Shown piece by piece: positions 56,147 to 64,000 of a DNA stretch of 64,000 nucleotides. The position numbers were made by a program, and so were the translations under genes. A model generated the notes under the pieces. That model was not told the DNA's origin and searched no databases. It saw nothing but the letters and a program-made list of their open reading frames with translations. Every line of letters begins with the position of its first letter. Within the stretch, counting starts at the first letter, position 1. Origin of the DNA: a bacterium (GTDB lineage: Bacteria > CG2-30-53-67 > CG2-30-70-394); NCBI GenBank assembly GCA_036393335.1, contig DASWHD010000135.1:14405-78404 (forward strand). Direction: 5' to 3'.

Positions 56147-58255
56147 TTGTTCGGTTTTGGGAACCGCGAGCCGGCTGACACTACCGAGTCCCTCGTTGCC
56201 GTGCGCAAGACCGGTTTTATGGCCTTCTTGAAGCGGCGCATTAACCCGATCGCCGCAGATCGGGCGGAGAAATACGCCCGTTTAGAGGCGCGGGTGGCCA
56301 GTGACACGGCGACCGGTGAGCATTTCAACCAGCTCGGGGACATGAAACGGGAGAAGGGGCTCCTGGAGGACGCCCTGGACCTGTACAAACGCGCCTGCGA
56401 TCAATTCATCGAGGAGGACTTGATCGTCAAGGCGATTGCGGTGGCGAAAAAAATCCTCAAGCAGTTCCCTGAGGATCCTTGCGTCACGGAGATGTACGTC
56501 CGGTTGGGCGAGCTCAACCAGCAACGCGGCATGATCGCCAACGCCAAGGAGGCGTACCTGGTCGCGGCGCAGCGTTACCAGGAGGCGAGCGCCATCCCGG
56601 ACGCCCTGCGCGTCTTCCAACGGCTCGCGGATCTCCTCCCGGACAACATCGACCTGAATGCCGACCTGGCACGCATGTACGTCAAGGAAGGCATGGGCGA
56701 TGAGGCGTCGAACCAGTTCGCTCGCACGGCAACCCGGCTGTTGAAGACCGGGGACTACAAGTTGGCCAAGGAGCTCAGCCTGGCGAGCCTCGGCCAGAAG
56801 GCCGGCAACCGGGAGGCATTGCAGGGCCTCCTCCAGATCGCCTTCTACGAGCAGGACTACAAGGAGGCGGACGCCTACGTGAGCCACCTCGGCCCCTATA
56901 TGGAGTCCGATTGGGGGCTATTGAAGGCGTACGGTGATCTCCTGGTCCGTCAGGAGCGGCATGACGAGGCGCTCGTCCAGTACGAGAAGGCGGTCACCAT
57001 CAATCCCATGAATCAGGAGCTTGCCGCGGTCGTGGAGAGGTTGCGGCGAGCCGAGGTAGACCGCCCGTTGGCGACGCGCGGGGCAGGGCCGGCTACCTCC
57101 GCAGAGCCGCCGGTATTCGACCTCAACGAAGTGGAAGCAGCGGATTTTGACCCTGCCGAGGTGCTCGCCGGTGCGAGCGGGGTTGGAGCCGCGCCGCAAG
57201 ACGCCACCGAGCACGACACGATTGCGACGACCGATGCCGAGGCAACGCGCGCTGGAACGGTGAATCTCGATGACTTTACGTCGCTGTTCGATGGCGTGGC
57301 CGACGCGGCCGGTAGGGCTGCCACCGGCACGGCTGACTCGGAGCCCCCTGCCACAGGGCCAGCGACGCCCCTGGTCGATCCGGACTTCCAGAAGCGGCTC
57401 ACCGAGGCCCGGTTCTACGAAGAACTCGGGATGGATGACGAGGCCAATGAGGTCTACCTGGCCCTGCTAGCTGACCATCCGGACCATCCCGCCCTGGTCC
57501 AGATCGCCGGTCGTCTCGGTCGCAAGGCGTCAGGATCAATGGCAGAACGTGGCGGCCAAGGTGAGGGAGCGGTTGCTCCGGCGGTCACGCCACCGACGCC
57601 GCCGGCCGCCGGCCATGCGACGGGCGCCGGGACGGATGCGGCGCTGGCCGATCTCCTCGCGGAAGCGGAGATTTATCTCGCCGGCACCCTGTTCGATGAC
57701 GCGATCGCCGTCTACCAGAAAATTTTGACGGATCAGCCGAACCATCCGGGTGCCCTTGCCGGGCTCGCCACGGCTCGCGAGCTCTCCGGCGACCCGCAGG
57801 TCCACCGGCAGGAACAAGACTTTGAAGAGGGAATCGAGACGCAGATGACCCACCTCCTCGCCAACCTCGTGGGAGAGGTCGAGACGGACGAGGAAGACCC
57901 CGCACTGCATTTGGAGATGGCCTGGTCGTATCTGGAGATGAACATGGTGGACGAGGCCTTGGTCGAGTTGCAGAGGGTAATGGCGGCCCCGGTCCCACCC
58001 GCGGACCTACACCTGGCCCTGGCCCGGTGTCATGTCATGCGTCGCGCGCAAGAGGACGCCGTACGCAGCTACCAGGCCTATTTGGAATGCTCGCCAGACG
58101 TCGCCCGCGCACAAGACGCTCGTTACGAGCTGGCGCTCATCCTGTTGGAGCGCGGCGAGTGGTCGGCGGCACGCCACCACCTGCAGGTGGTGGTCCAGGC
58201 GGATCCCGTCTTTCGTGATGCCCAGGAGCTACTGAACGGGATCGTGGTGGAGTAG
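56147..58255 (+). CDS. Large TPR-repeat protein (702 aa) with an acidic low-complexity central region
   Basis: Multiple TPR-like units at both ends (e.g. YKRACDQFIEEDLIVKAIAVAKKIL; AIAVYQKILTDQPNHPGALAGLA). The N-terminus is uncertain: TTG 56147 or ATG 56219. Confidence 0.55.
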   Translation: MFGFGNREPADTTESLVAVRKTGFMAFLKRRINPIAADRAEKYARLEARVASDTATGEHFNQLGDMKREKGLLEDALDLYKRACDQFIEEDLIVKAIAVAKKILKQFPEDPCVTEMYVRLGELNQQRGMIANAKEAYLVAAQRYQEASAIPDALRVFQRLADLLPDNIDLNADLARMYVKEGMGDEASNQFARTATRLLKTGDYKLAKELSLASLGQKAGNREALQGLLQIAFYEQDYKEADAYVSHLGPYMESDWGLLKAYGDLLVRQERHDEALVQYEKAVTINPMNQELAAVVERLRRAEVDRPLATRGAGPATSAEPPVFDLNEVEAADFDPAEVLAGASGVGAAPQDATEHDTIATTDAEATRAGTVNLDDFTSLFDGVADAAGRAATGTADSEPPATGPATPLVDPDFQKRLTEARFYEELGMDDEANEVYLALLADHPDHPALVQIAGRLGRKASGSMAERGGQGEGAVAPAVTPPTPPAAGHATGAGTDAALADLLAEAEIYLAGTLFDDAIAVYQKILTDQPNHPGALAGLATARELSGDPQVHRQEQDFEEGIETQMTHLLANLVGEVETDEEDPALHLEMAWSYLEMNMVDEALVELQRVMAAPVPPADLHLALARCHVMRRAQEDAVRSYQAYLECSPDVARAQDARYELALILLERGEWSAARHHLQVVVQADPVFRDAQELLNGIVVE

Positions 58256-58275
58256 CTAGCCCCATCCTCCACGCT

Positions 58276-58502
58276 AGCCCGCATTTCTCACCAGGGATCG
58301 TGGCGAGACCGTGCAAACGCGCGTAGATCCTGGCTGGCCCGCGGTAGGAGCCGAATCCCTGCGGCGACCCAGGCCCGTAGGGCCTGCTGCGTGGATCGCC
58401 GGTGCAACCGGCTCCTACCCCTGTCGAGGACTCGGATGAGGACCCGGCCAGGAGATGCGGGTGGTTGCGCGGGCGCAGCAGATTCATGGTGAGAAATGCG
58501 CG
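58276..58502. repeat. Palindromic repeat element copy 2 (~225 bp; TIR GCTAGCCCGCATTTCTCACC / GGTGAGAAATGCGCGCTAGC)
   Basis: Shares the terminal ~75/~50 bp with copy 1 and carries an extra ~25 bp internally. Its distal GCTAGC overlaps the TAG stop of the hydrogenase small-subunit gene. Confidence 0.65.
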
Positions 58503-59255
58503 CTAGCGACGGCCGAGTAGCCGCAGGAGGCCATCGAGGATGGTGAACGGGTGGGGTGGGCAGCCCGGGACGAACAGGTCGACCGGCACCACTGCATCGG
58601 CCCCATTCAGCACCTCCGGATGGTCGATGAATGGTCCACCGGCGATGGCGCATGCGCCCACCGCGATCACGAGCTTGGGTGTGGGCACCGCGTCGTAGGT
58701 GAGACGCACGGCCTCGGCCATGTTGCCGGTCACGGGACCGGTGATGACCAGGGCATCGGCGTGGCGCGGTGAAGCGACCACCTGGATGCCAAACCGGCCG
58801 AGGTCGAAGCCGATGGTGCCCAGGACGTTGAAGTCCGCCTCGCACCCGTTGCACCCGCCGGCGCTCACCTCGCGGATGCGCAGGGCGCGGCCGTAGAGGG
58901 CGCGGATCTTGTCGGAAAGCGCGGTAGCGAGCGGCAAATCGTGGCCATCGGTGAGCAGGCCGTCCCGCGCCCGTGTCGCCAGCCGGTAATCCTGGGAGAA
59001 GACGATCGCCCCGTCCAGGCAGGCGTCGCTACAGGCGGTGCAGAAGAGGCAGCGCCCCAGGTCGATCCGCACGTCGCCGTCCAGCCGGATGGCGTCCGTA
59101 GGGCAGGCCGCCGCACACCGCTGGCAACCGTCCGGGCACTTTGTCGCGTCGACCACCGGCAGGCCGCGGAAACGGTCCGGGAGCAGTGGCTCCGCGCGCG
59201 GAAAGGCGCTGGTGCGATACCCCTGGCGGAGACGGGTGCCCAGGATTTTCAGCAT
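58503..59255 (-). CDS. Hydrogenase/complex-I-like small subunit (NuoB/HycG fold) fused to an N-terminal 2x[4Fe-4S] ferredoxin domain
   Basis: N-terminal ferredoxin motifs (CPDGCQRCAAACP, CLFCTACSDAC); NuoB/HycG cysteines (GGCNGCE ... GACAIAGG ... PGCPP). Confidence 0.8.
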   Translation of the reverse strand: MLKILGTRLRQGYRTSAFPRAEPLLPDRFRGLPVVDATKCPDGCQRCAAACPTDAIRLDGDVRIDLGRCLFCTACSDACLDGAIVFSQDYRLATRARDGLLTDGHDLPLATALSDKIRALYGRALRIREVSAGGCNGCEADFNVLGTIGFDLGRFGIQVVASPRHADALVITGPVTGNMAEAVRLTYDAVPTPKLVIAVGACAIAGGPFIDHPEVLNGADAVVPVDLFVPGCPPHPFTILDGLLRLLGRR

Positions 59256-59439
59256 GGTCGTAGGAACTGGGTGCGCCGTGCGCGTCGGGGTGCGAGATGG
59301 GGGATGAGGGTTGGGGGGATGGATGGCCGCTTCGCGGCCAGACGGTTTCTTTCGCGACGAGTCTTCAGCATCGTTTTACTCCGCCCGCAGAGCCATCCTT
59401 TCCCCCACTCCCCATCGCCCGACCCCCATCCCTCCCGCC

Positions 59440-60963
59440 TCACAGGTCGTGGCCGCAGTAGGAGAGGTTGAAGCTCTTGTTGCATAGCGGAAAGTCGGAG
59501 ATCTGCTGGTCACGCAGGGCCATGGCCAGGCCGGGCCAGTTGTGGAACGACGGATCGACGATCTTGTAACGAGCGAAGCACCCCGTGGCGTCGGTGATCG
59601 CTACGTGGCACACCTCACCGCGCCATCCCTCGACCAGGGATAGCGCGAGGCTGTTCGGGGCGAGGGGGAGCAAGGGGGTGCTCGGCGCATCATCCGGCAG
59701 CTCGTGGACCTGGCGGCGGATGAAGTCGGTGGAGGTACGGATCTCTTGCCACCGCACCCGCGCCCGCGCGTAGACATCGCCGGTCGATTCGCGGGCGGGC
59801 GTCACCGGTTTGTCCGCGTAGGCGCCGGTGGGGAACTCGGCGCGCACGTCCCGCGCCATGCCACACGCGCGCGCCGCCACGCCGACCAGGCCAAGGTCGG
59901 TACAGGTCTGGGCGGAGACGGCGCCCGTCCCTTCGAGCCGAGCCATCAGCGAGGGCTGATCCCACATCAGCCCGACGGCGTCGAGGGCGTCCGCCGTGGC
60001 CGCCGCCAGGACCGTGAGCAGCCGCTCCCCCCGCGGCTCGTCGAGGTCGAATCCCACGCCTCCGGGCCGGACCAGGCCACGGCCGAAGCGGCTACCACAG
60101 AGCAGGGCCGTGGCGTTCAGGTAGTCACCGCGGATGCGCCCGCAATAGGAGAGGGTCGGGAGGAAGCCCACGTCCCCGGCGATGGCGCCGAGGTCGCCGG
60201 TGTGGTTGGTGAGGCGCTCGAGCTCCAGGCCGATGGCACGGAGCCCCTGGGCGCGCGGCGATGGCTCGATGCCGGCGAGGGCCTCGACCACCTGGCAGTA
60301 GGCCATGGCGTGGCCCACGGTGGTGTCGCCCGCCACCGTCTCCATCTGATAGAGGGTGCACTTATCCGGGCCACCGACCAGACGCCGTTCCACCCCCCGG
60401 TGCTGGTAACCGAGGGCGATTTCCAGGTGGAAGACGGTCTCTCCGTGACACTGGAAGCGGAAGTGACCCGGCTCGATCACCCCGGCGTGGACCGGTCCCA
60501 CCGCGACCTCGTGCACGTCGCGCCCGGTGACTTGGAAGAAGTCGGTGACCGCCGGCGCGAGAGCGGTATCGGCCTGGCGGCCCCATGCATCCGCCCCGGT
60601 GCCGTAGCGGTGGTGGAAGCGCACCGGTTTGAGGAAAGGGTGGCCCTCCGGCACCACCCCCCATTGCTCTGCGATCTCGCGCTCGAATAGGTGGGCCTGG
60701 GGACAGTCCGGCGTCAGGGCGGGGTAGCGGTCGCCTACCGTGGTGCGCCACACGACGAGCCGTTGCTCACCCGGCGGTGCGACCAGGGCGAAGAGCTCGG
60801 TCACGTCCTGCGCCACGGGCCGGCCGAACAGGGCGATGAGTCGCCCCCCGGCGGCGATCGCCGCGGTGATCCGGGCGCGGAAGTCATCGATCGCGAGGCT
60901 CGGGATCGACGCCAGCGGGACGGCGCCGGTGTTGGCGATCGGGCAGAAGGCTGCGGCGGGCAA
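59440..60963 (-). CDS. Group-4 [NiFe]-hydrogenase large-subunit homologue (NuoC-like plus NuoD/HycE-like fusion), apparently lacking the Ni-binding cysteines
   Basis: GPVHAGVIEPGHFRF...LGYQHRGVER are HycE/NuoD hallmarks. TTG start just after the upstream stop. Where the L1 motif R-x-C-G-x-C-x-x-x-H is expected the sequence is TVAGDTTVGH (G and H retained, both Cys replaced). The C-terminus (...LCNKSFNLSYCGHDL) has no DPCxxCxxH/R motif and no cleavable extension. Confidence 0.7.
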   Translation of the reverse strand: MPAAAFCPIANTGAVPLASIPSLAIDDFRARITAAIAAGGRLIALFGRPVAQDVTELFALVAPPGEQRLVVWRTTVGDRYPALTPDCPQAHLFEREIAEQWGVVPEGHPFLKPVRFHHRYGTGADAWGRQADTALAPAVTDFFQVTGRDVHEVAVGPVHAGVIEPGHFRFQCHGETVFHLEIALGYQHRGVERRLVGGPDKCTLYQMETVAGDTTVGHAMAYCQVVEALAGIEPSPRAQGLRAIGLELERLTNHTGDLGAIAGDVGFLPTLSYCGRIRGDYLNATALLCGSRFGRGLVRPGGVGFDLDEPRGERLLTVLAAATADALDAVGLMWDQPSLMARLEGTGAVSAQTCTDLGLVGVAARACGMARDVRAEFPTGAYADKPVTPARESTGDVYARARVRWQEIRTSTDFIRRQVHELPDDAPSTPLLPLAPNSLALSLVEGWRGEVCHVAITDATGCFARYKIVDPSFHNWPGLAMALRDQQISDFPLCNKSFNLSYCGHDL

Positions 60964-60965
60964 GG

Positions 60966-62432
60966 CTAGTTCCCCCCCAGGGTTGCCGCGGTGGTGAAGA
61001 TCCGGGTGAGGGCCCCGGGGACGTAGAGGCCGAGGACAGCGGTGGCCAGCAGCAGCACCAGGGGCGGCGTGACGCTCCACACCGTCTCCCGCTGCCCCGC
61101 GGCCGTCGGGTGGGCCGACGCCCCCTGGGCCATACGCAGGGCCGTGGCGGTCATGCCGATGAACACCATGGCCAGGGCCACGAGCATGGCGACGCCGATG
61201 GCGGTGGCGCCGCCGTCGAAGGTCGCCTTGAGGATGGCGAGCTTGCTGATGAACACCCCGAACGGCGGCAGGCCGGTGATCGCCAGGACCCCGGCCACCC
61301 ACAAGGCGCCGGAGACGGGCATCTCATCGAGCACCCCACGCACCTGGTCCGTGGACTTGGTCTGGAAGCGGGTGAGGATGTTCCCGGCCACCAGGAAGAG
61401 CGCCGCCTTGGTCAGGGAGTGGTTGACCGCGTGCAGGAAGGCACCGGAGATCCCGGCGCCGCCGACGCCGATGCCGATGGCCAGCAGCCCCATGTGCTCC
61501 ACGGAGGAGTAGGCGAGCATGCGCTTGAAGTCGGCCTGGCGGACGAGAAAGATCGCCGCAATCCCCAGGGAGAGGAGGCCGAGGAGGATCAGCAGATCAC
61601 CGGCGAACTCTCGGTCCCCCGCGGCAGCGAGCACCAGGTAGCCGCGCCAGATGCCGAGGAAGGCGCAATTGAGCAGGGCGCCGGAGAGCAGTGCGGACAC
61701 CACCGACGGCGCCTCGCTGTGCGCATCCGGTAGCCAGGTGTGCATCGGCGCCAGCCCCATCTTGGTGCCGTAGCCCACGAGCAGGAAGATGAAGCCGGCG
61801 CGCAGCCACGGCCGGGAGAGATCCGCCGCATGGGCGGCGAGGGCGGGGACCAGTAGCGGCACGCCGTCCAGGGTCTGGCTGGCGATCGAGAAGGCATAGT
61901 TGCCCAGCAGGGCGAGGGCGATCCCGACCGAGCAGACGATGACGTACTTCCAGAGGGCCTCCAGCGAACGGCGGTGGCGGTGAAAAAAGATCAGCGGCGC
62001 GCTGGCCAGGGTGGTCGCCTCGATCGCCACCCACAGGAGGCCCAGGTGCTGGGCCATGGCGACGACGCTCATCGCCGCCAAGAACAGGGCCATGGCGCCG
62101 ACGAACCGGGCATCCGGGGCGTTGGCGAAGGTGAACCGCTCCTGAAAGTCCGGCCGCACGCCGGTCTGGGCCTCCTGCCGCAGGTAGCCCACCGAGTAGA
62201 CGGCGCAGGCGAGAAACAGAGTGGAGGTGAGGGTGAGGACCAGGCGGCCGACCGGGTCGAGGGCGATCCAGCCGTCCAGCAAGGCGGCGGGCGGCCGCCG
62301 CCACACGGCACCGGTGAGGGCCGCGTGGATCACCGCCGTGAGCAGGAGCAATGCCCGCTGCTGCGTCGCAGAGTGGAGGATGAAGGCGAGCAGTCCCGCC
62401 AGGACCGGCACCAGGAGGATCGCGAGGAGCAT
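60966..62432 (-). CDS. NuoN/NuoM/HyfF-like antiporter-type membrane subunit
   Basis: 488 aa; ~14 TM segments; conserved MGLAPMHTWLPDAH motif of complex-I antiporter-like subunits. Confidence 0.85.
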   Translation of the reverse strand: MLLAILLVPVLAGLLAFILHSATQQRALLLLTAVIHAALTGAVWRRPPAALLDGWIALDPVGRLVLTLTSTLFLACAVYSVGYLRQEAQTGVRPDFQERFTFANAPDARFVGAMALFLAAMSVVAMAQHLGLLWVAIEATTLASAPLIFFHRHRRSLEALWKYVIVCSVGIALALLGNYAFSIASQTLDGVPLLVPALAAHAADLSRPWLRAGFIFLLVGYGTKMGLAPMHTWLPDAHSEAPSVVSALLSGALLNCAFLGIWRGYLVLAAAGDREFAGDLLILLGLLSLGIAAIFLVRQADFKRMLAYSSVEHMGLLAIGIGVGGAGISGAFLHAVNHSLTKAALFLVAGNILTRFQTKSTDQVRGVLDEMPVSGALWVAGVLAITGLPPFGVFISKLAILKATFDGGATAIGVAMLVALAMVFIGMTATALRMAQGASAHPTAAGQRETVWSVTPPLVLLLATAVLGLYVPGALTRIFTTAATLGGN

Positions 62433-62566
62433 CGTGAGCCGTCAGCTTTCGGCAGAGTCTGTCGTTGGCCACAGAGGGCACGGAGCCGTTATTAAGAGCA
62501 CCCAAAAAAATCCTCTGTGTTCCCTGTGACCTCTGGGGCAGAAGGGGGAAAGCGATGCCCGAAAGG

Positions 62567-63214
62567 CTATCCGCGCAGCGACGTGAGCTGGTCGACGTCG
62601 ATGCGGTCGAACTCGCGGCGGATGTGGTAGACGAGGATGCCCATGATGAACAGGGCGACGAACAGGTCGAGGAGGATGCCGAGCTCGACCAGCAGATCCT
62701 CCTTGATCTTCAACCCTACGCTCAGCAGGAAAATGCCATTCTCCAGGACGATGTAACCCAGCACCTGCGACAGGGCCTTGCGGCGCGTGATCACCAGCAA
62801 CAAGCCGACGAACTGGGTGGAGAGGGCGACCGGCAGGACCAGGGGTGATTCCGGCGGCACCGGCAGGGGCAGACGCGACCAGAGCCAGAACGCATAACCG
62901 GTGAACAGCACGCCGAGGAACATCGCCGTGGAGTAGGAGATGGTCGGCGTGGCGGCGAGCCCCACGCCGGCGGCGCGCATGGCGCGAAACAAGAGCCACG
63001 GAAAGACTACGCCGCGCAACGCCAGGCCGAGGCCGGCGGTGGCGATCACCGATGGGCTGATGCCGTCACTGAAGTGGAGCAGGAAGGGCAGCAGGCCGAG
63101 CACGATTCCCTGTGCGGCAACGACCCGAATACTGACGCGGATGCGGCTCGTCCCGAGGAGCAGGAGGTCGGTGAACAACAGCAGGACCAAGAGGTGGGAG
63201 AGCATCGAGTCCAT
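62567..63214 (-). CDS. HyfE/NuoK-like small membrane subunit
   Basis: 215 aa; 6-7 TM segments; position between the NuoH-like and NuoN-like genes as in hyf/hyc-type operons. Confidence 0.7.
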   Translation of the reverse strand: MDSMLSHLLVLLLFTDLLLLGTSRIRVSIRVVAAQGIVLGLLPFLLHFSDGISPSVIATAGLGLALRGVVFPWLLFRAMRAAGVGLAATPTISYSTAMFLGVLFTGYAFWLWSRLPLPVPPESPLVLPVALSTQFVGLLLVITRRKALSQVLGYIVLENGIFLLSVGLKIKEDLLVELGILLDLFVALFIMGILVYHIRREFDRIDVDQLTSLRG

Positions 63215-63215
63215 G

Positions 63216-64000
63216 TCAGACGATCTGCAGGAGGAGGGCCATGGTCGCCACCGCGCCGGTGCCGAAGATGAGCTGGGGGATCTGCACCAGGCGCAGCCGT
63301 GCCATGGCAGACTCGACCAACCCCACCACCACGCCTACCGCCACGGTCCCGATCGCCCAGATTACGACCCCTGGCCAGCCGGTGACAGCCAAGGCGGAGA
63401 TCGCGATGCCGACCAGGAGCTGGATGAAGAGCCACAGCTTGAGGGCCTGGGCGTACTCGATGAAGGCGAGGTCCGGGCCCCCGTGGTCGAGCACCATCAC
63501 CTCGTGGATCATGGTCAGCTCCAGGTGGGTCGTGGGGTCATCGATCGGCATGCGGGCGTTCTCGATCAGGAGCACGACGAACAGGACAAACGCCAAGAGC
63601 GTGACGACCTCCGGGGACCGTTCCCACCCCACCGCCAGCCCGCCGCAGTAGATCAACGACAAGGAGTAGCCGCCGGCCACGAGGCCGAGGCTTACCAGCC
63701 CCAGCAGGAGCACCGGCTCCACCAGGGCCGAGTAGGCGGCCTCGCGGCTCGCCCCCATCGCCTCGAAGCTGGAGCCGACGTCCAGGGCCGCGAGGATGGT
63801 CGCAAGCCGGCCGAGAGCGAGCACGTACGCAAACAGCACTAGGTCCCCGGAGAAGTGCAGTGGCGCCGCCACCCCGGCCATCGGGACGATGGTAACGGCG
63901 ACGAGCACGGTGGCCAGACCAACGACCGGGCCGGCGCGAAACAGCCACGTGGTGGTCTGGCTGTAGACGGCACCCTTGCCGAGGAGCTTGCGCAGGTCGC
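63216..64000 (-). CDS. NuoH/HycD-like membrane subunit (5' part lies beyond the window edge)
   Basis: The open frame continues with no stop to position 64000 (…DLRKLLGKGAVYSQTTTWLFRAGPVVGLATV-LVAVTIV…); multi-TM; the ORF-track start at 63908 is a GTG inside the frame. Confidence 0.7.
   Translation of the reverse strand, partial: DLRKLLGKGAVYSQTTTWLFRAGPVVGLATVLVAVTIVPMAGVAAPLHFSGDLVLFAYVLALGRLATILAALDVGSSFEAMGASREAAYSALVEPVLLLGLVSLGLVAGGYSLSLIYCGGLAVGWERSPEVVTLLAFVLFVVLLIENARMPIDDPTTHLELTMIHEVMVLDHGGPDLAFIEYAQALKLWLFIQLLVGIAISALAVTGWPGVVIWAIGTVAVGVVVGLVESAMARLRLVQIPQLIFGTGAVATMALLLQIV

Noticed and set aside
59440-60963. Calling the large subunit a bona fide [NiFe] hydrogenase catalytic subunit (HycE/EchE)
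   Set aside because: The expected CxxC ligand pairs are not visible at the homologous positions (TVAGDTTVGH instead of RxCGxCxxxH; the C-terminal end lacks DPCxxC), so I call it hydrogenase-related (Ehr-like) pending alignment.
1-64000. tRNA, rRNA, prophage or integrase signatures
   Set aside because: No cloverleaf-like conserved tRNA boxes (GTTC-R-ANYC T-loop with matching acceptor stems) or rRNA-like conserved stretches were found on reading, and there are no integrase, terminase or capsid-like proteins.

Overview
This is a 64 kb window of high-GC (about 68-70%) chromosomal DNA from a Gram-negative bacterium. The many overlapping Arg/Pro-rich alternative-frame ORFs in the track are GC artefacts; I list only frames with recognisable protein features. 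No rRNA, tRNA, CRISPR array, transposase or prophage gene was seen.

Content in order:
- **113-8422:** a type II secretion / type IV pilus-like assembly cluster (GspE/PilB ATPase, GspF/PilC platform, a fused PilM-PilN (GspL-like) protein, PilO/GspM-like, PilP/GspC-like, a lipoprotein secretin, a TPR protein). No pilin or pseudopilin gene lies in the window.
- **8535-11284 (minus):** a small hypothetical protein, a single-domain response regulator, a membrane hybrid histidine kinase and a small coiled-coil protein.
- **11587-13902:** hisA-hisF-hisIE.
- **14036-25780:** a CheY-like regulator, an HDOD protein, a FliK-like protein, then a sigma-54 promoter and flgF-flgG-flgA-flgH-flgI-flgJ(rod-binding domain only)-flgN-like-flgK-flgL-csrA-fliW.
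- **25884-31935:** a folate/one-carbon island (folD, fchA-like cyclodeaminase, an AhpD/CMD-Rieske fusion, a hypothetical, panB, rpiB, glyA).
- **32144-35176:** a Cyc2-like module (outer-membrane beta-barrel with one CXXCH, plus a diheme cytochrome c) followed by a PEGA lipoprotein.
- **35365-50495:** DedA, an MMPL/RND exporter, rluB-like, bamA-skp-lpxD-fabZ-lpxA, a SIS isomerase, a DHS-like protein and an RND permease with no partner genes.
- **50857-58255:** a DUF190-CBS protein, PAP2 phosphatase, ugd, dxr and a large TPR protein.
- **58503-64000 (minus):** a group-4 [NiFe]-hydrogenase-like membrane complex whose large subunit appears to lack the Ni-binding cysteines (Ehr-like).

Non-coding structure worth attention: two copies of a roughly 200-230 bp terminal-inverted-repeat palindromic element (42273-42473 and 58276-58502, the second supplying the stop codon of the hydrogenase small-subunit gene); a GCAGGAA-unit hairpin family; a heptamer-repeat hairpin in front of the DHS-like gene; and roughly 65 nt direct repeats flanking the CBS gene.
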